NCBI GenBank assembly: GCA_024704765.1
Contig: JAKMXF010000310.1
Location: 1,154,636-1,175,340, forward strand
DNA length: 20,705 bases
Direction: 5' to 3'
Source of the DNA: Oopsacas minuta
Lineage: Eukaryota > Animalia > Porifera
The notes below the pieces were generated by a model that was not told the origin of the DNA, searched no databases, and worked only from the letters and a program-made list of their open reading frames with translations. This document shows, in pieces, positions 19,395-20,705 of this stretch. How positions within the stretch are numbered: position 1 is the stretch's first letter; every line of letters starts with the position of its first letter. A program made the position numbers and the translations under genes.

Positions 19395-20705
19395 TAACAT
19401 TGTTCTAACTTTAACTTTGTGGTGAGAATTTTCAAGTACTAATGTTAAATATACATTAGTACATATCTCTTTTCTGTAATTTTCTTTATGTATGTATATA
19501 TAAGTTACCTTTTACTGTATAACCTCTGGCTAAGCTGTATATGGCCTTTCTCTTCAGATTAATTAGGTATCTATCAAGACGGCCCAATTACTCATACCTT
19601 TTGCCAAATCGTTCATATTTTTAGATCACTAGTCAGGAATATTTTGATTCAACTCATGGGTATTTATAGACGAATGATCTTTCTTTACCCACTCTATTCG
19701 TGTTAGGTTGAGTAGAATATTGGAAATCCATGGAGCATTCTTTCATAGTCAAATGTTTTCGACTCTCTGATGTAGAGTTTGCAGGAAAATATAATATAGT
19801 CATTGGCGATGGAACTATAAATATAGCAGTTTATTGTTTAACAATCTAAAATAAATTATTTTTCTCACTTGTTGTTGTCAAGTTATTATAAGGCACTTTA
19901 TAATTGATAACTAATATTTAGATGATATGTATTAATACATTAATCATATGATAACATGGTGAGAGCTAATCTCTAGCTTGCTTTTGTGTTTACTTAGAAA
20001 GGAGTGAAAATATGATTAATCACCAAAAAGGTGTTAAATTTTCACTTTAGAAAACATTCATACTCGAGGTGCAAATCTCTTGTATGTATGCCAATTTTAT
20101 GTTAATTGGACTGCTAGATTTCGCGCGTCAGCGCGGACGGACGTACTGACGTCGCACATCATTTATGCCATTAGGGCATCTCCCTGTATGAGCTGGACTA
20201 TATATAATTTCATCAATAAATAGGAATTACAAGCCTAAAAAATCTGCATACAACCATACGATTGTAAGGTATGTAAAAGCCATCATATACCCTTTTGCTG
20301 GGTGCTATACGACCCTTCGTTCAGCTAAATTTTCCAGGATATAACTAACAACCTTAGATTGTTCTAAATTTTAGCAGAAACCGGTTTTCGAAATTGTGTT
20401 ATTTGATTGGTTCATACATTCTACACCATCTACAAATAATAATTATGCGATTAATATGATTAACCACATTTCGCAACTTCTGATTAAATTTAAAATATTT
20501 CTAGCAAGTTGCCACCAATGGTGATTTTGGATAACCAGACAACTACAAAGGGATTTCAAGTAGTTCGTAACCCTAGCTATTGCTATCATTGTTTAACCAC
20601 ATGTATTTACTATTTGCATCTAATTTATAGCTTAGATTTTCGTCTATTTAGGACACTATACTTTGTGGAAATTGATTTGATATTTTTTGAGATACACCCT
20701 TTTGA

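Overview
AT-rich eukaryotic (animal-like) genomic DNA; no prokaryotic operons, CRISPR arrays or rRNA genes were seen. The only clearly intact gene is an intronless, secreted short-chain collagen (18504-19394, +): signal peptide, 61 Gly-X-Y triplets in three blocks, and a 58-aa Cys-rich C-terminal domain I cannot assign to a standard collagen trimerisation domain. Most of the rest is a graveyard of DNA transposons. It includes a full-length decayed mariner (16874-18156) and pseudogenised FLYWCH-MULE, Helitron, hAT and piggyBac transposase fragments. There is also a probable hATm-like fragment, many hAT- and pogo-type MITEs, and three long foldback elements. No retrotransposon remnant was recognised. 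A set of GC-richer, splice-site-bounded open segments between about 4.9 and 10.7 kb may be exons of an unrecognised spliced gene that the ORF track misses. Most ORFs in the supplied track are antisense shadows or chance frames. All family assignments are from motif recognition by eye, with no database searches. The host organism cannot be determined from the sequence.
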